This document shows, piece after piece, positions 11,717 through 25,489 of a stretch of DNA of 64,000 nt. A program made the position numbers and the translations under genes. Position 1 is the first letter of the stretch, and every line of letters begins with the position of its first letter. The notes beneath the pieces are model-generated. The model worked only from the letters and a program-made list of their open reading frames with translations, did not search any database and was not told where the DNA came from. The DNA comes from Chiloscyllium plagiosum (taxonomy: Eukaryota): assembly GCF_004010195.1 (NCBI RefSeq), contig NC_057719.1, forward strand, positions 30,413,477 through 30,477,476. Direction: 5' to 3'.

Positions 11717-12096
11717 TAAGCTAGCATAATGGTTAAAACAAGTAGCAGCTAGAAATTAATACTGAAAATTGAGTGGCAATTCATGTTAGCAGAAGAGATA
11801 GAAAGAGGCAATCACTTATTGGCACAGATCTAGAGAGTTATACAGGGACAGAGGGCCCTGTGTAATCTTTGAAGTCTCAGGACATATTGAAAGACTAATT
11901 AATCAAGTATATGTACTTGGGTTCCTTAAATAGAGATATTGTGTACAAAAGAGGGAAGTTGTGCTGAATCTGGAAAAGGATCTAGTTAGGCAACTGCAAC
12001 ATAAGCTGGGGAAATTTGGCTATTTTTCTTGAAGCAAAAGAAGTTGAGGGAGAATTGATAGATGTGTTCAAATTGTGACAGGTTGAGATAACTGGG

Positions 12097-12408
12097 CAGG
12101 GCGGCATGGTGGCTTAGTGGTGAGCACTGCTGCCTCACAGCACTAGGGACCCAGGTTCAATTCCCACCTTGAATGACTGTTTGTGTGGAGTTTGCACATT
12201 CTCCCAGTGTCTGCGTGGGTTTCCTCCAGGTGCTCCGGTTTCCTCCCACAATCCAAAGATGTGCAGGTCAGGTGAATTGGTCATGCTCAATTGCCCATAG
12301 AGGTAGGTGCATGAGTCACAGGAATGGGTCTGAATGGGTTACTCTTCAGCGGGTCGGTGTGGACTGGTTGGGCCAAATAGCCTGTTTCCATACCACAGGG
12401 AATCTAAT
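12097..12408 (+). mobile_element. tRNA-derived SINE (HE1/V-SINE type)
   Basis: A box TGGCTTAGTGG, B box GGTTCAATTCC, V-domain-like tgtgtggagtttgcacattctccc, CR1-like tail. Confidence 0.88.
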
Positions 12409-12828
12409 TTAATCATCTACTTTAAAGTATTCAAATGAAAAGCTGTTCCCATTTAGTTGATAGTACAAGGATGAGTGGACACAGATTCAAGATTTTGTGC
12501 ATGAAATACAAACAGGGATGTGAGGAAGAACCATTTTGCGCAGCGACTGTTAATAAACTGAATTCCTCAATATGTCGATGGCAGAAGCACAGATATAGGC
12601 ACTTGAGAAAAATAAATTTGCAAGATAAGGGGGATAATGCAAGAGGAATAGGATTGACTGGACTGTTTTACAAAGAATCAAGTGTGGACTTAAATGATCC
12701 AAGTAGCTTTCTATGACTTAAATAAGCCAATAAAAGACCTTTAATTGAATAAATGTTGTATAATGGTTGTACAACATGTAAGAAATATATTTACAGCTAA
12801 GATAAAGAACTAGTGTTAAATTACTCAC

Positions 12829-14231
12829 CCCAAGTGGTGGGAGAGCTTCCATAGCATATAATTTACTAGAAAGCACTTCAGACATTGGTCTCTTCTTTGA
12901 AGACTCTCTTCTTATCTGGATCTTTCCAACTGTATTGAGATCAGACTCAGACACAAATGGCAGAAACCGTGTTGTTTCTGTTACCTCCCGTTCTTGTGCT
13001 CGCTTTTCTGAACTATGCTGTCTTCCAAGAGTAGGTGCAGAACTATACAGATAATCTGCCAATGGTTCATTAATCAATTGATTTAACTTGGCTGACGTTT
13101 GAGATGGGGAGTCAAGAGGTAGTATCTGAGACGTATGCTCAATGCACCTTGCATCATATTCCTCATCCTCTTCACTACTGTGAATCAGCATAGTTGCATC
13201 TGAGAAAGATCGCCCATGATGGTAACTTTTGTCCTCGTGAACTTCAGTCTCTCTGGGTTTTGTTTGCTCAAAATAAACATTTGGTTGTGAATTTGCAGAG
13301 GTTATTTTTTCTGAGTTTGTTTCATTGTTTGGTGTGGACACAGTCCTTTCTTTTAGTTTCCAACTCTCAAAATTGTGCATAAGTCCAGCAATCTCAATAC
13401 TGTTACGTTTATGAATATTTGTATGTAATCTGGCAGAAATTAAGGGCTCACTGACTTCCTGTAGTGAATGTGCAACAGGCAAACTATCTTCCTGAAAAGT
13501 CTGTACAGAGTGATGCACACGCCTCGTAATCAGATCTGGATTGCTGCTACTAACATACAGGTGGCGGGAAAGGTCAGGTGTACTATTTGCAGGTCTTGGA
13601 TAAGGGTAGGGTGGAGGAGGCCTGTACACTTGAGTTTTCAGCATGTTTGCAGCATTGTAGTCCTGAGCATGTAATTGAACATTGGTCAATTCTGGCACAC
13701 TAACAGCCCCAACAACTGGGCGTCGCTCAGTTGAAGTTATATATGGAGATGGACTATGGAAACTATAGTTCAAATGAAAAGGATACTGATACATATTTTG
13801 TGAATTGAACTGAGCATGTTCTCTGATTTCTGGTTGGCTATAAACAAGCGGATCTGGTCTACTGTAGGCATAAGAATTGCCTATGTTGAGATTTCTCATT
13901 GAATGGCTTTGCCTTTCATTTTGAATCATTCCACGATTTAGCTGCCTCATAACAGTCTCGTAATCTGGAGTTGGCCTATAGGAAGGTGGAATAATTGCAC
14001 TGTGTCTGTTAGTTGGGATGTAATCTCCTCTTATCACATCACTTCCAGTCATGCTAGGATTTGAAGACATAGGAGATGCTTGCATAAAGTGCTGCGGGTT
14101 ATTTAAAGAGCTTGTGCTGTGTGCACTATAGATACTGCCATTTCGGATTCGACCACTGTATTCATATGGAGCTCTATCCAAACTGGTCTGCGATCGATAG
14201 AAGCTGTTTTGATTATTCATGTAGACATTGT
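12829..14231 (-). CDS. PTPN21: PTPN21 large linker exon (~exon 13), 1403 nt
   Basis: Core of ORF 12718..14220: [95 protein letters not shown]. Acceptor tttcag at 14232-14237, donor gtgagt at 12823-12828. Confidence 0.96.
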
Positions 14232-14367
14232 CTGAAATTAAGTAAAAAGTGAAGGGTACAGAGAATTAACAGCTGAACCATAGAGATTTAATGTTGATCC
14301 AAAATCTACACACAAGTTAGCTTAACAGTGAAATATGATGAATCAATATAAAAACAAAAACTAGGAT

Positions 14368-14640
14368 AAATAGGCCCGTCAGCCCTTCAAGCCCGCTTTG
14401 CCATTCATTACCACCATCATGGCTGATCATCCAACTCAATAGCCTTTTACCACTTTTCCCTCTGATTCCTTTAATCCCAAATGCTAGATTCAACTCCTTC
14501 TTGAAATCATACAATGTTTTGCCTCGACTGCTTTCTGTGGAAGCAAATTCCAAGGCTCAGCTGTCAGTGAAAAACATTTCTCATCTCAGTCCTAACTGGT
14601 CTACTTGTATTCCTAGATGGTGATCCCTGGTCCTGGACCA
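14368..14640 (-). mobile_element. CR1 LINE 3' end fragment
   Basis: aggcccgtcagcccttcaagcccgctttgccattca...atcatggctgatc is the reverse complement of a CR1 3' UTR. Confidence 0.65.
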
Positions 14641-15406
14641 AATCAAAACCAATAGATGAATCAGAAGCCAAACTTTACACAAGATATTTTGTTTAGGTAC
14701 TAGTCTCCAATTACTTAAAACTGTCAAATAAAGTCATATTTCAATGGAGTAACAAAAAATTTGGTCAGTTAAGTTTATTTACATAGTCAAAGGTTATAAC
14801 AAATAATTTTAATATACAATATTAATCAAAGATAAAAATGAAATAGATAATTCAAGGCTTAGAATTTCTAAAATTTGTTTCAAGTTTTTCTTTTAAACTA
14901 GCAGCTCTCCACAATGATTTTATGTTCAACTGTATGCCACAAAGCAAAAAAACCTCTAGAACCATGCATAAATCATAGCCATAGAAAAGGCATTTTCTGG
15001 TCAAAATTGTTCAGCAACCCGCACTAAAAGTGAATGCTTAAGAGTGTAATCTTGTTACCTTTCAAGCAGATTTGTTTAATTAATTGAATTTATACTATTT
15101 AGTTATCAAGGGATCTTAAATCCTGACTCATTGGTCCAAGAACAGAATTACTAATCTTCCAACACAATCACTATTCTACCATATTACTATGTCATCAAAC
15201 ATGCATGATATCATGCAAATTAATATGACATGATATACCTTATTGGGCTTTTTGGAAAAAATGCCTTTGGAACAGAGGTCTGCAACTGCAATTTCCAATG
15301 ATTGTCAAAAATGCTTGAGTTCCATTGTTTTTGGATACAAATTTGAATTACAGAAGGCAACAGAAGAAAACTGTAATGATGATGATGACGACTTTAAGTA
15401 CTCTAC

Positions 15407-15488
15407 CTTGAGAAGATTTATAGGGTTCTACATAATGTCCAGTATAATGTAACTGGGGTAATGGCATCATGTACTGATGAGGCTTTGG
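15407..15488 (-). CDS. PTPN21: PTPN21 exon (~exon 12), 82 nt
   Basis: Encodes PKPHQYMMPLPQLHYTGHYVEPYKSSQ. Acceptor tttcag, donor gtagag. Confidence 0.92.
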
Positions 15489-15779
15489 CTGAAAGAAAAC
15501 AAAAGCAATAAAGAGCAAATCCTATCATTGTAGGTCAACTGCTAAAGGTAATCCATGTATAACCACTAAATATGCCAAAACCTGCATAATGAAGGTTACA
15601 ATTTATGGCAAATAGTCTTTTTCTTTCCAAAAGAGTGGTTTACACCTGGAAATAAAGCAATCAAATAAAGGTACACAAGACTAAGTATCAAACACTTGTG
15701 TAGTCTAGACAAATCTTGCATAAATAGTCTTTTACATAAAAGTTTTTTCTTTTTGTCTATTTCAAATCAATAGCTCAGA

Positions 15780-15990
15780 TTTCAATATAGAAAAGCACCC
15801 AAGGCACTTCACAGAAAATAATCAGACAAAAGTTAACACTGCAAAAGGAGATTTTAGAAGAGCCATTGAAACGCGACTGAAAGAGTGAATTTTAAAAAAG
15901 CCTCAAAACGAAAGAGACAATGAAAAGACAGAGGAACTTCCAGAGTTTAGGGTACAGATGTGTGAAGAAAGGGCCACCAATGATTGGCAT
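15780..15990 (-). mobile_element. L2-type LINE 3' end, decayed
   Basis: aaagcacccaaggcacttcacag is the reverse complement of the tail seen at ~51140-51183. Confidence 0.45.
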
Positions 15991-16719
15991 GGGAATCTGA
16001 AGGCAAACATTAAAACATGGGAACTATTTTTGTTACGCTTTAAATAAAATTTTGTGCAGCTAGTATTTAAAAGAGGTTTCTCTAGATTCAAAATGAAAGC
16101 AAGGTAAGCAGCAGGAATGGCAACATTCCTTTTGATCAGGAATCAAGTCAAAATACAGTCGGTTCTGCAATAACATGTGCTTCCTCAACATGAATTGGTT
16201 TTAACGCAATGAAGAATTCAGACAGTTATTTGTAGAATGCAAACTTTCCTTACCTGTATTGACTATAATGAGATTCTGGTCCCATTAGTTTAAATGCCGT
16301 GGCAATTGCGCTATTTTCTTATAATGCAAGGTTGTTCCGTTCTCATGCAATCACATTATATAAAGGCATTAGGCTCAAGCAACAGGACTTTCAGGTTATT
16401 AAAAGAACAGATCATTTCTATGTTATTCAATGTAGAAATAGCCTGGGGGTAATGCAAACTTCAGGCCATAACAATTAAGATATGAGAAAGAAATATGTGA
16501 ATTTAGTTTGAAGTGGACTTTTAAAAAAATCATTACCTTACAGATAGTAGATTATTCGAGAAAATTAAGTGATGGGAAATTTGAAGAATTATAGACCATT
16601 TTGTCTGTCATATTCAAGACAGACCTCTATAAGAATTTAATCTAGGCCTACTACGTCACCTTTTCTCTTTAGCCCTGCAATACATTCTCTTCACATATAA
16701 CATTCAAATCTTTTCTGCA

Positions 16720-17277
16720 CGCGCAATTCTGGTCTCCTTCCTATCGGAAGGGTGTTGTGAAACGATTTACAAGGATGTTGTCAGGGTTGGAGGGTTTGTG
16801 CTATAGGGAGAGGCTGAACAGGCTGGGGCTGTTTTCCCTGCTATAGGGAGAGGCTGAACAGGCTGGGGCTGTTTTCCCTGGAGCGTCGGAGGCTGAGGGG
16901 TGAACGTACAGAGGTTTACAAAATTATTAGGGGCTTGGATAGGATAAATAGGCAAAGTCTTTTCCCTGGGGTCGGGGAGTCCAGAAGTAGAGGGAATACG
17001 TTTAGGGTGAGAGGGGAAAGATATAAAAGAGACCTAAGGGGCAACATTTTCACGCAGAGGGTGGTATGTGTATGGAATGAGCTGCCAGAGGATGTGGTGG
17101 AGACCGGTACAATTGCAACATTTAAGAGGCATTTGGATGTGTATATGAATAGGAAGGGTTTGAAGGGATAAGGGCCAGGTGCTGGCAGGTGGGACTAGAT
17201 TGGGTTGGGATATCTGGTTGGCATGGACAGGTTGGACCGAAGGATCTGTTTCCATGCTGTACAGCTCTATGACTCTA
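16720..17277 (+). mobile_element. Young CR1 (HER1-type) LINE 3' fragment with exact 40-bp tandem duplication (16801-16880)
   Basis: ORF 16935..17171 (FTQRVVCVWNELP). 3' end ctctatgactcta. Confidence 0.92.
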
Positions 17278-18059
17278 AGTCCACCTCTGTCAGTATATTC
17301 CAGATTCCTAACCACTGTGGAAGAGATTTTCTACAAGCCACCATTTTTTTCCCCTCATTATGTTCAAACAGAGCTATCTGACCCCTGACCTTTCTACAAG
17401 AAAACGTTCCCGAATTTTCATGATTTTGAACACCTATGTCAAATCTGCTAATCTTCCCTGCTCATAGAAAACAGCTCCTGTTGTGCCAATCTATCCACAA
17501 AACCGGAGTTCCTCAGCGTTGAAAACAATCTTATGAATCTTTTCTGCACTCTCCGATGCCTTCACATTCCTAATTAGCAAACTGGATTAAAAAAAAGCAC
17601 ATGCTGGAGCTAAATCAATGATTTGGGCATGGGACTTGAAGGAATACTGACATCATTTGCAGATGCTGCCAAAATACGAGAGAGAGTTAATTTTCTTGCT
17701 GCAAAGAAATATTGAAGCTCAGAATATTTCAACTTAATATAATGTATTTTATTAAATAAATCAGCAGTTATTAGACTCTAAATAGGAGCAAGCTCAGTAC
17801 TATGCAATAACAGAGGAACTGGACATATATATTTAGAAGACATAAAAAGGCAGCACCTTGGATTCCCAAGGATCTTTTTTTAATTGAATTCTAGGTGTTA
17901 TCTCAAGAATATTAGAATAAAGAAACCAAGATGAACACTAATAAAATCTTATGTCCTCAGTTAAAGTATTGAGCACTTTACTGGACTCCATAACATAGAA
18001 AGAGTGACAGGCTAATCCTCCTTGGCAACTTCAATGTTAGAAGCTGGATTGGCCATTCT

Positions 18060-18210
18060 AATTTGCTCACAGTGTCCAGGGATGTGCAGACTAGGTGGAT
18101 TAGCCATGGGAAATCCAAGGTTACAGAGGTTGGATAGGGGCAGGTCTGGGTGGGATAATGTTTGGAGGGTCGGTGTAGACTCGATGGGCCAAATAGCCTG
18201 TTTCCACACC
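18060..18210 (+). mobile_element. HE1-type SINE 3' half
   Basis: Matches 12260-12395 (gatgtgcag...gggtcggtgt.gact.gatgggccaaatagcctgtttcca). Confidence 0.75.
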
Positions 18211-19394
18211 TGAAGGCCTCTGATAAATCGATGAAGAAGGGAAATCCAACAGCAATGGTATTGTGCTCCTAACAAAATGCCTATGGTCTGGCCTTATTAT
18301 AACCAACAGCTTGTTTTGTCTGAGAAACAAAAATCAAAATTACAACATCGTTGCTTGACGGACTGATATCTGCTTGACTATATGATCCAAGTGAAGGACA
18401 TCTATTTCATTGCACCATGACAAAAGTTGATGACTGCTGGATGGACCACTGCCTAATTGCTCCATCAACATTAATGCTCCCTCAAAGCTGCAGTGGAAAC
18501 AGAAACAATGCCGCAGGGAAATCAACACTGAAGTACTCAAAAAACCATGATATCAGAGACCTGAGCAGCCAGCACCTTAATTTCAAAAGACACAGAGCGG
18601 ACACAGTGCCTGGTCTGCCCTCAACGGTTCCATAAGCTGTACCAGTGATGAAATGCTCAGTCATTCAATTAGGAAACATCATGACTAGTTCAATGAAAGC
18701 TAGCAAGAAATCCAAGTGCTGACAAGTTCAAGATATTTCTGAAATTGAGAAAGCAACCCAACTTGAACTAGAAAGCAACTTCCTCTGAGGCTGAGACCCA
18801 TCTAAACAAAAAGACCCATGACTAACATAACTGGCTAGTGGGTTAGCCAATAATCACAACTGGCACACAGATTCTTTAGTGTAGTTAAGACTACCTGAAT
18901 TCCCTGCACGCAAGGCCCTACTTCACAGCCAGCCAAGAACACAGAAGTGCTCATCAGGGATCAATGCCTGATGGACAGAACACATTGAGCATCTCCTTAA
19001 TATATTCTGGTCTTCAAAAGTGAGTGTTATTGAGTCCATCTCATGGAATACCACTTGCAATCATTTCAGTATAATCCCAACTTCACATGAGGCCGAAAAG
19101 GCCTTTGAACAGTTAAAGAACAATAAGGAACAAAAACAAAGTACTGAAAAAGCTCTGTAAGCCTGGCAACATCTGTAGTGAGAAAACAGAATTAACATCA
19201 AGTCTAGTAATCCTTTGTCAGAACTGAAAACAGCTAGGAAAAAGGTGGTATTTGACAGACAGTGTGTGAGAGAGAAAAACAAAGATTGCAAATAAGTATG
19301 TCTGACTAGTGGAAACAGCTTCTCCTTACCCACCCTATCCAAGACTCGCAATATCCTGAAAGTTTTAATTGGATCCGCTTGAAATTAATGCCAA

Positions 19395-19725
19395 CACTGC
19401 ATTTGCCTTCCTAACTGCCAAGTGAACATGCATGTTAAGGTGAAGAGGATCATGAACCAGGACTCCCAGGTTCTTTTTTGCTTCAGATTTCCCTATTTAG
19501 AAAGTAGTCTATGCCTCTATTCTTCCTACCAAAGTGCATAACCTCACACTTTTCCACATTTATATTCCACCTACCACTTCTTTCCTACTCTCCTCGTCTA
19601 TCCAGATCCTTTGCAGCCTCTCCACTTACTCAACACTATCGTGTCTTCTGCAAACTTTACAACAATGCCCTTGGTTCCTTTGCTCTGAGCGTCTGCATGC
19701 CATGAATAGCTGTGGTCCCAATGTG
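19395..19725 (-). mobile_element. Decayed CR1 fragment
   Basis: Matches the minus-strand CR1 at ~40795-41060. Confidence 0.65.
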
Positions 19726-20395
19726 GTTGCTGTGGAAACCTGTTGTCATATTTGTCAAAAGGGAGATAGTAGGGATAAAGGGATCGTCAAAAATCTTTTA
19801 GTGTCAAAGCATGTCACCTTTAACCATGAAGAACTGCCCAGAAAAAAAATAATAAAAAATATGGAGACTTTAGCAGTGTAACACAGGATTACAAATTTAT
19901 TAATAAACTTGCGAAATGCAAAGAATATCACAGATTACAGTACAAAATGTTTAAAAGCATGTAATTAGGGAACCAGGGTGAATCAAAGAGTACTGCTTCC
20001 ATAATTCAGAGATCACAAATACAAGATCAAATATCAAAAATTCAGAAGACAAAGTAAAAGATAATTATTTGCTAGTTTTAAGGCATAAAGTATAGCAACA
20101 TTCAACATTAGACAGCAACAGTAGAAGAAGAAAAATGAGTTGAAGTGATTTGGGTACAGGATATGTAATTCAAACTCGTTGCTTAAGTGAAGGTTAAACA
20201 ATGGTATAGACTACTGAACCAAATTGTCTCTTCCACTCTTGCAATTAGTATCCATTTCTATACTGGTCACACCAGGCACCGATAAAATTGATCATGCTAG
20301 AATAAGAGTTAAGACTGTCAGATGAGTTCTCTTATTTTGCATAACCAAAAGTGTAAGTTTAGAGATGCCAGAATAAAATGGCTAACATATATCAA

Positions 20396-20516
20396 GAAGG
20401 GCCTGTGCCCGAAACGTCGAATCTCCTGTTCCCTGGATGCTGCCTGACCTGCTGTGCTGTTCCAGCAATAAAGTTTCAACTTTGATCTCCAGCATCTGCA
20501 GACCTCACTTTCTCCT
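20396..20516 (+). mobile_element. PLE-terminus insertion with 14-bp TSD; hammerhead truncated before the CUGA box
   Basis: TSD ctaacatatatcaa at 20382-20395 and 20517-20530. Starts gaagggcctgtgcccgaaacgtc. Confidence 0.85.
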
Positions 20517-20919
20517 CTAACATATATCAATGTAAAATAACTGAGAATATAGATTTTAGGAAAGCAATTAACTGTAATTAGAAACCCATTCACTGCAGTC
20601 AATTTTTAAGACATTACTTGATTGGTTAATTAAAAATTTTAAGAGAGAGGATTTTATCATTAACCAAAATAAAAGATTAAGCACGAGTGAATATTAGAAT
20701 AGATTAGATCATAATACAAGCATTAAATATGGAGCAGAAATCAGCTATTTGGCTCCTCAGGTCTATTCTACCTTTCAATAAGGCTGATCTGCTTGTACTC
20801 CAAATCCACATTCCTATTTACCCCCAATAATCTTTTGAGTCACTTACTTAATAAGACAAATGATGCTTATATCAAATAATGTGAAAATATTAGTGATGAC
20901 AACCGGAAGCAATGATATC

Positions 20920-22220
20920 AGGTAAAATTCCTCAGGTTAGTGCCCTAAGCCCAACCATCTTCAACTGCTTCACTAATGACTTTCCCTTCATTTCAAGGTC
21001 ATAAGTAGGAATGTTCGACAATGATTGCACAATATTCAACACCATTCACAACTACTCAAATACTAAAGTAGACCATATTCAAATGCAACATAATCTAGAC
21101 AATATCCAGGCTTGGGCTGACAAGAAGCAAGTAATATTCATGCCACACAAATGCCAGCCAATGACCACCTTGAATAAACAACAATCTAATCACTACCCCT
21201 TGACATTCAATGGCATTACCATCACTGAATTTCTCACGAACAACATCCTGTGGCTTACTATTGATGAGAAACTTAACTGGACTCACCATATAAACAGTGA
21301 CTACAAGAATAGGTCAGTGGCTCAGAAAATTGCAATGAGTAACTCACCTCCTGACTCCCCAAAGCCTACTCATCGGTCCACTGGAAGGTCAGATATGGGG
21401 TGTTTGCACATACTTGCACATTATGCATTACCATTCACGACCCATCAGATACTGAAGCAATCCAGTCCCAACGTAGGAAGATCTTTAACAAAATCCAGTC
21501 TTGGGTTCATGTGGAAAATAACATTCACACCACACAAGTGCCAAGCAATGATCATCTCCAACAAGAGAGAATTTAATCATCACTATCTGATATGCAAGGC
21601 ATTACCACCACTGACTCCCCCACTATAAACACCATGAGGGCTACCGTTGACCAGAAAAACTGCATTAGTCATGTAAATGTTGTGGCGGTAAAAGCATGTC
21701 AGAGGCAAGGAGTCATGCAGAACTGTTTACTTCCTGACTCACTAAAGCCTGCCAACATGATGGAACATTCCCCACTTGCCTGGATGTGTGCAGCTCCAAC
21801 ACAAAAAGCTTGACATCATTCAGGACAAAGACTTTGCTTGATTCGCATCCACAACGAACACTGAGTAGAGGCTATCTACAAGATGCACTCTCAACATTCA
21901 CCAAAGGTCCTTAGACAACAGCTTTCAAAGCCAACACTACAACCACTTAGCCAGGGCAGTAGACACATGAGAACACCACCATCTGCAAGTACCCCCTCCA
22001 AGCTACTCATTAATTGATTTGAAAATATATTATCATTCCTTCACCGTCGCTGGGTCAGAAATCCTGGAATTCCTTCCATAACAATATTGCAGGTCTATCT
22101 ACAGCACACGGACTGCAGGTGGTTTAAGGCGGCAGCTCACGACCACCTTCTCAACGGCAACAAGGGACAGCCAATAAATGCTTGCCCAGCTGGCAATATC
22201 CACATCCCAAAGCTGAATAG
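20920..22220 (+). mobile_element. CR1-clade LINE of a second lineage, with an internally repeated RT segment
   Basis: ORF 21011..21628 contains FDNDCTIF (decayed FADD) and two copies of the F.PHKCQ.M motif. 3' tail as at 840-1010. Confidence 0.75.
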
Positions 22221-22889
22221 AAATTTAAAAAAAATGATGGCAAATAAATACTCACCCATTCCCAGTGACTGAAATAAAAGCTAGTCAAACAGGATCAAAA
22301 CAAATGGCTTCAATTTTCCCAATACTTTATTGGAGAAATTTCTGCTCATTGATATTAGATAAAACTGCAGAATGGAGAAATAATTGGCAGATTAAGTTCA
22401 ACAGATAAATGATGTAATACACTTTCTCGTAGGAAGAATAGGGAGGCCACATAATATTTTCAAAGTGCAGGTTTTGGCACGATGAGGGTAACAGAACTTC
22501 TGAGTATAAACATATAAATAACTACACATGTGTCATAGATTTTAGATCATAAAATATGCAGAGATCAGCAAGACCATAAAACCTAAAAATGTTTTACTTC
22601 TAGAGGAATAGAACCGAAGTGTAGGGAAGTTATGCTGACCATGTACCAAATCTTGATTAGACAACCCTGTACTTAGGAGGACCTCATGCAGCTGTGGCTG
22701 TCATATTATCAAAAGGATTTAAAGGACAGGATGCAAAAAAGGTTGACAAGGAATGCATGGGTATACACATGAAGGTGGTGTTAAAGAAAGGAGGATTCGA
22801 TGTGAATTAGGTGGTCTTGAAAATTGTGTAAGCTTTTTACAGAGGAGATACTGTTTTCACTTTTACGCAAGAATATATACTCAGCTCCA

Positions 22890-23760
22890 TACTGTACTCT
22901 GTACACTCATGAATGTCACCAAATTTTGTCCGAACTCCATCCACAAGTTTGTTGATGACAAAGACATAGGCTGGATATCAAATAAAGACAGAATACAGGA
23001 AACAGATGGACTGCTTGGTAACGGGGTGCAAAGATAACAGCCTCTCTCTCAATGTCAACAAAATTGAAGAATTAATCATCAACTTCAGGAAGCAAGGAGG
23101 ACACACCCCCCATCTACATCAATGGAGCTGATGTGGAGGTTGTTGAGAGCATCCAGCTCCTAAGAGTGACGATCATCAATCTGCCCTGGACCATCCATGT
23201 TGATGCGATGTTCAAGGTGGCACAAGAATGCCTGTCCTTCTTCAGGAGGCTAAGGAAATCCATAAGAAGCCTCATCAACTTTTACAGATGCACCAAAGTA
23301 GGCATTCTATCTGGATGCAGCACAGCTTGGCATGGCAACTGCTCTGCCCAGAACCATAAAAAGCCACAGGAAGTCGAAGATACAGCCCAGACAATCACAT
23401 AAGCCAACCTTGTAACCAGTGACTCCCATTTACACTTCTCAGTGCCATGGAGAGGCAGCCAAAGACCCCTCCCATCCCAGTTATAATCTCTTCCAACTTC
23501 TTTCGCCAAGCAGAAGATGCAAAAGCTTAAAATACACATACCAACAGATTCAAGAACAGCTTTGTCCCCACTATTAGGCTTCTGAACAGACTTCTCAAAT
23601 TTCAAATCTAACGTTGACCTTGCTTTTTATTCATCTTCTTTGCAGCCGTAATATTGTATTCCTCACTCTGCTTAATCAGCCTACAATCTTTGTAGGCTAT
23701 GATCTGCATGCAAAACAAAACTTTTCATTGTATTTAGTACATGTAACAATAATGAATCAA
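22890..23760 (+). mobile_element. Rex1/Babar-type LINE 3' fragment
   Basis: KELIINFRK, EVVESIQLLRVTI, FFRRLRK, FYRCT..ILSGCSTAWHGNCS (ORF 23133..23402) resemble recalled Rex1/Babar RT C-terminal motifs. Confidence 0.75.
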
Positions 23761-24229
23761 ATCACTTCTGGAGAAAGCATAACTAGAAGCTACTAATATA
23801 AAGATTTCATCAAAAAGTCCAATTGCAAATTTAGAAGAAACTTCCTTACTCAAAGCATGGACAGAGTATGGGATTCAATGCTTGTAAAATGATTAAAGCA
23901 AATAATTTAGATGCATTGAAGGTGAAGATTTTCAAGCATTTGAGGGAAAAGGGAATAGATAGATTCATAGAAAGAAAGCTGGGAAGAGGCTTAACTGGAA
24001 CGTAAAACTAAAACAACTGGTTAGGCGAGTGGTCTGTCTCTGTACATTTTGTGAGATAGCTCGTAAAAGATTTTCTTAAAATCCTATTGACATCATCTAT
24101 TATCCATCCAGCCATTTGTAGGAATATTCTGGCAAACATTTCTGCTTTCTCTACTCTCACCTCCTTTCGCAACTTGGAATGCACACCATGTGAGCAGGTG
24201 ACCTACCCACTCCCAGCTGAGTCACCCTT

Positions 24230-24900
24230 TCCAGTGTATTGAATATAGGAGTTGGGAGGTAAAAACAATGACTGCAGATGATGGAAACCAGATTCTGGAT
24301 TAGTGGTGCTGGAAGAGCACAGCAGTTCAGGCAGCATCCAAGGAGCAGTGAAATCGACGTTTCGGGCAAAAGCCCTTCATCGGGAGTTGGGAGGTCATGT
24401 TGCAGCTGTACAAGACATTGGTACGTTAAATTCTGGTCTCCCTCCTACAGGAAGGATGTTGTGAAACTTGAAAAGGTTCAGAAAAGTTTTACAAGCATGT
24501 TGCCAGGGTTGGACAGTTTGAGCTCTAGGCAGAGGCTGAATAGGCTGGGGCTATTTCCCTGGAGCATCAGAGGCCGAGGGGTAACCTTATAGAGGTTTAT
24601 AAAGTCATGAGGGGCATGGATAGGGTCACTGGCAAGGTCTTTTCCCAGGGATGGGAGAGTTCAAAACTAGAGGACATAGGTTTAAGGTGAGAGGGGAAAA
24701 GTTTAAAAGGACCGAAGGAGCAACTTCTTCTCACAGAGGGTGTAGAGTGTATGGAATGCGCTGCCAGATGAAGTGAAGGTGGCTGGTACAATTACAAACA
24801 TTTAAAAGGCATCTGGAGAGATTTACAAATAGGAAGGGTCTAGGGGGATATGGGCCAAATGGAACTAGATTTCTATAGAATAGCTGGTCAGCATGACTCT
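24230..24900 (+). mobile_element. Young CR1 LINE 3' fragment with a nested PLE-end (24261-24382)
   Basis: FWSPSYRKDVVKLEKVQK. The nested insert is flanked by the 13-bp TSD ggagttgggaggt (24248-24260 and 24383-24395). Confidence 0.9.
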
Positions 24901-25320
24901 CTGACATGCTGAATAATTTTTACCTTTTCAATTATCGCTGTTTCTATGGATATTTTGTCAGCATTTTCTTCCAAAGTAAACACCATACAACTACCTATTA
25001 AGCATTCTTGTCTTGCACCAAACAGATACCATCCTCCTTGTCCCTAATGGGATGACCCCTTCCACTTACCAGATCATTTGTGTGTTATCTCTCATTCTAT
25101 TTTCATATTCATCCTTGCCAAATTTATTCGTTTCCCTTCCAGCTTATTCTGCTTGACCTGATGCATGCTTCAAAAATTCACCAGACATACATCATTGTCT
25201 CTACCTCGTTTTTCATCAAACGACTACTTTAATTATTTGGTGGCAGCACTAGACAAGACTTCGTAGTTTGAAAGTCATGTTAGGAACAAAATGAAATTTA
25301 CAAGGCCACATTTCACCTAC

Positions 25321-25381
25321 CAAAGATATTCTTGATAACATGTTCCTTCGGGCTGGGCTTACTGAAGCAGTCTGAGCTTGT
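25321..25381 (-). CDS. PTPN21: PTPN21 exon (~exon 11), 61 nt
   Basis: Encodes QAQTASVSPARRNMLSRISL, similar to recalled human QTQTVTVNPIRRRSSSRMSL. Acceptor tttcag, donor gtaggt. Phase is consistent. Confidence 0.88.
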
Positions 25382-25489
25382 CTGAAATCAAAAATCAAAT
25401 GTTTATTGAAAAAACAAACTATTTTCCCTCTAAAATGAAGAAAAAATTAAATGCCTTTCGGGTATTTTAGACAAACAAACTCAAACTGA

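Larger units (their letters stand above)
11020..12716 (+). mobile_element. Highly decayed CR1 LINE hosting the PLE and SINE insertions
   Basis: Remnants tcagatgatactaaacttg (ADDTKL) at ~11320. CR1 3' region at 12440-12716. Confidence 0.55.

Noticed and set aside
12097..12170. tRNA-like A and B boxes
   Set aside because: This is the head of an HE1-type SINE followed by SINE body and tail, not a tRNA gene.
12718..14220. 500-aa ORF as a standalone gene or a PTP-less truncated isoform
   Set aside because: It is the large internal PTPN21 exon reading through a strong gtgagt donor at 12828. I saw no nearby minus-strand polyA signal to support an intronic terminal exon.
16154..16365. Possible Tigger-like MITE starting TACAGTCGGTTCTG
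   Set aside because: Only one plausible terminal repeat is visible; no partner TIR was found.
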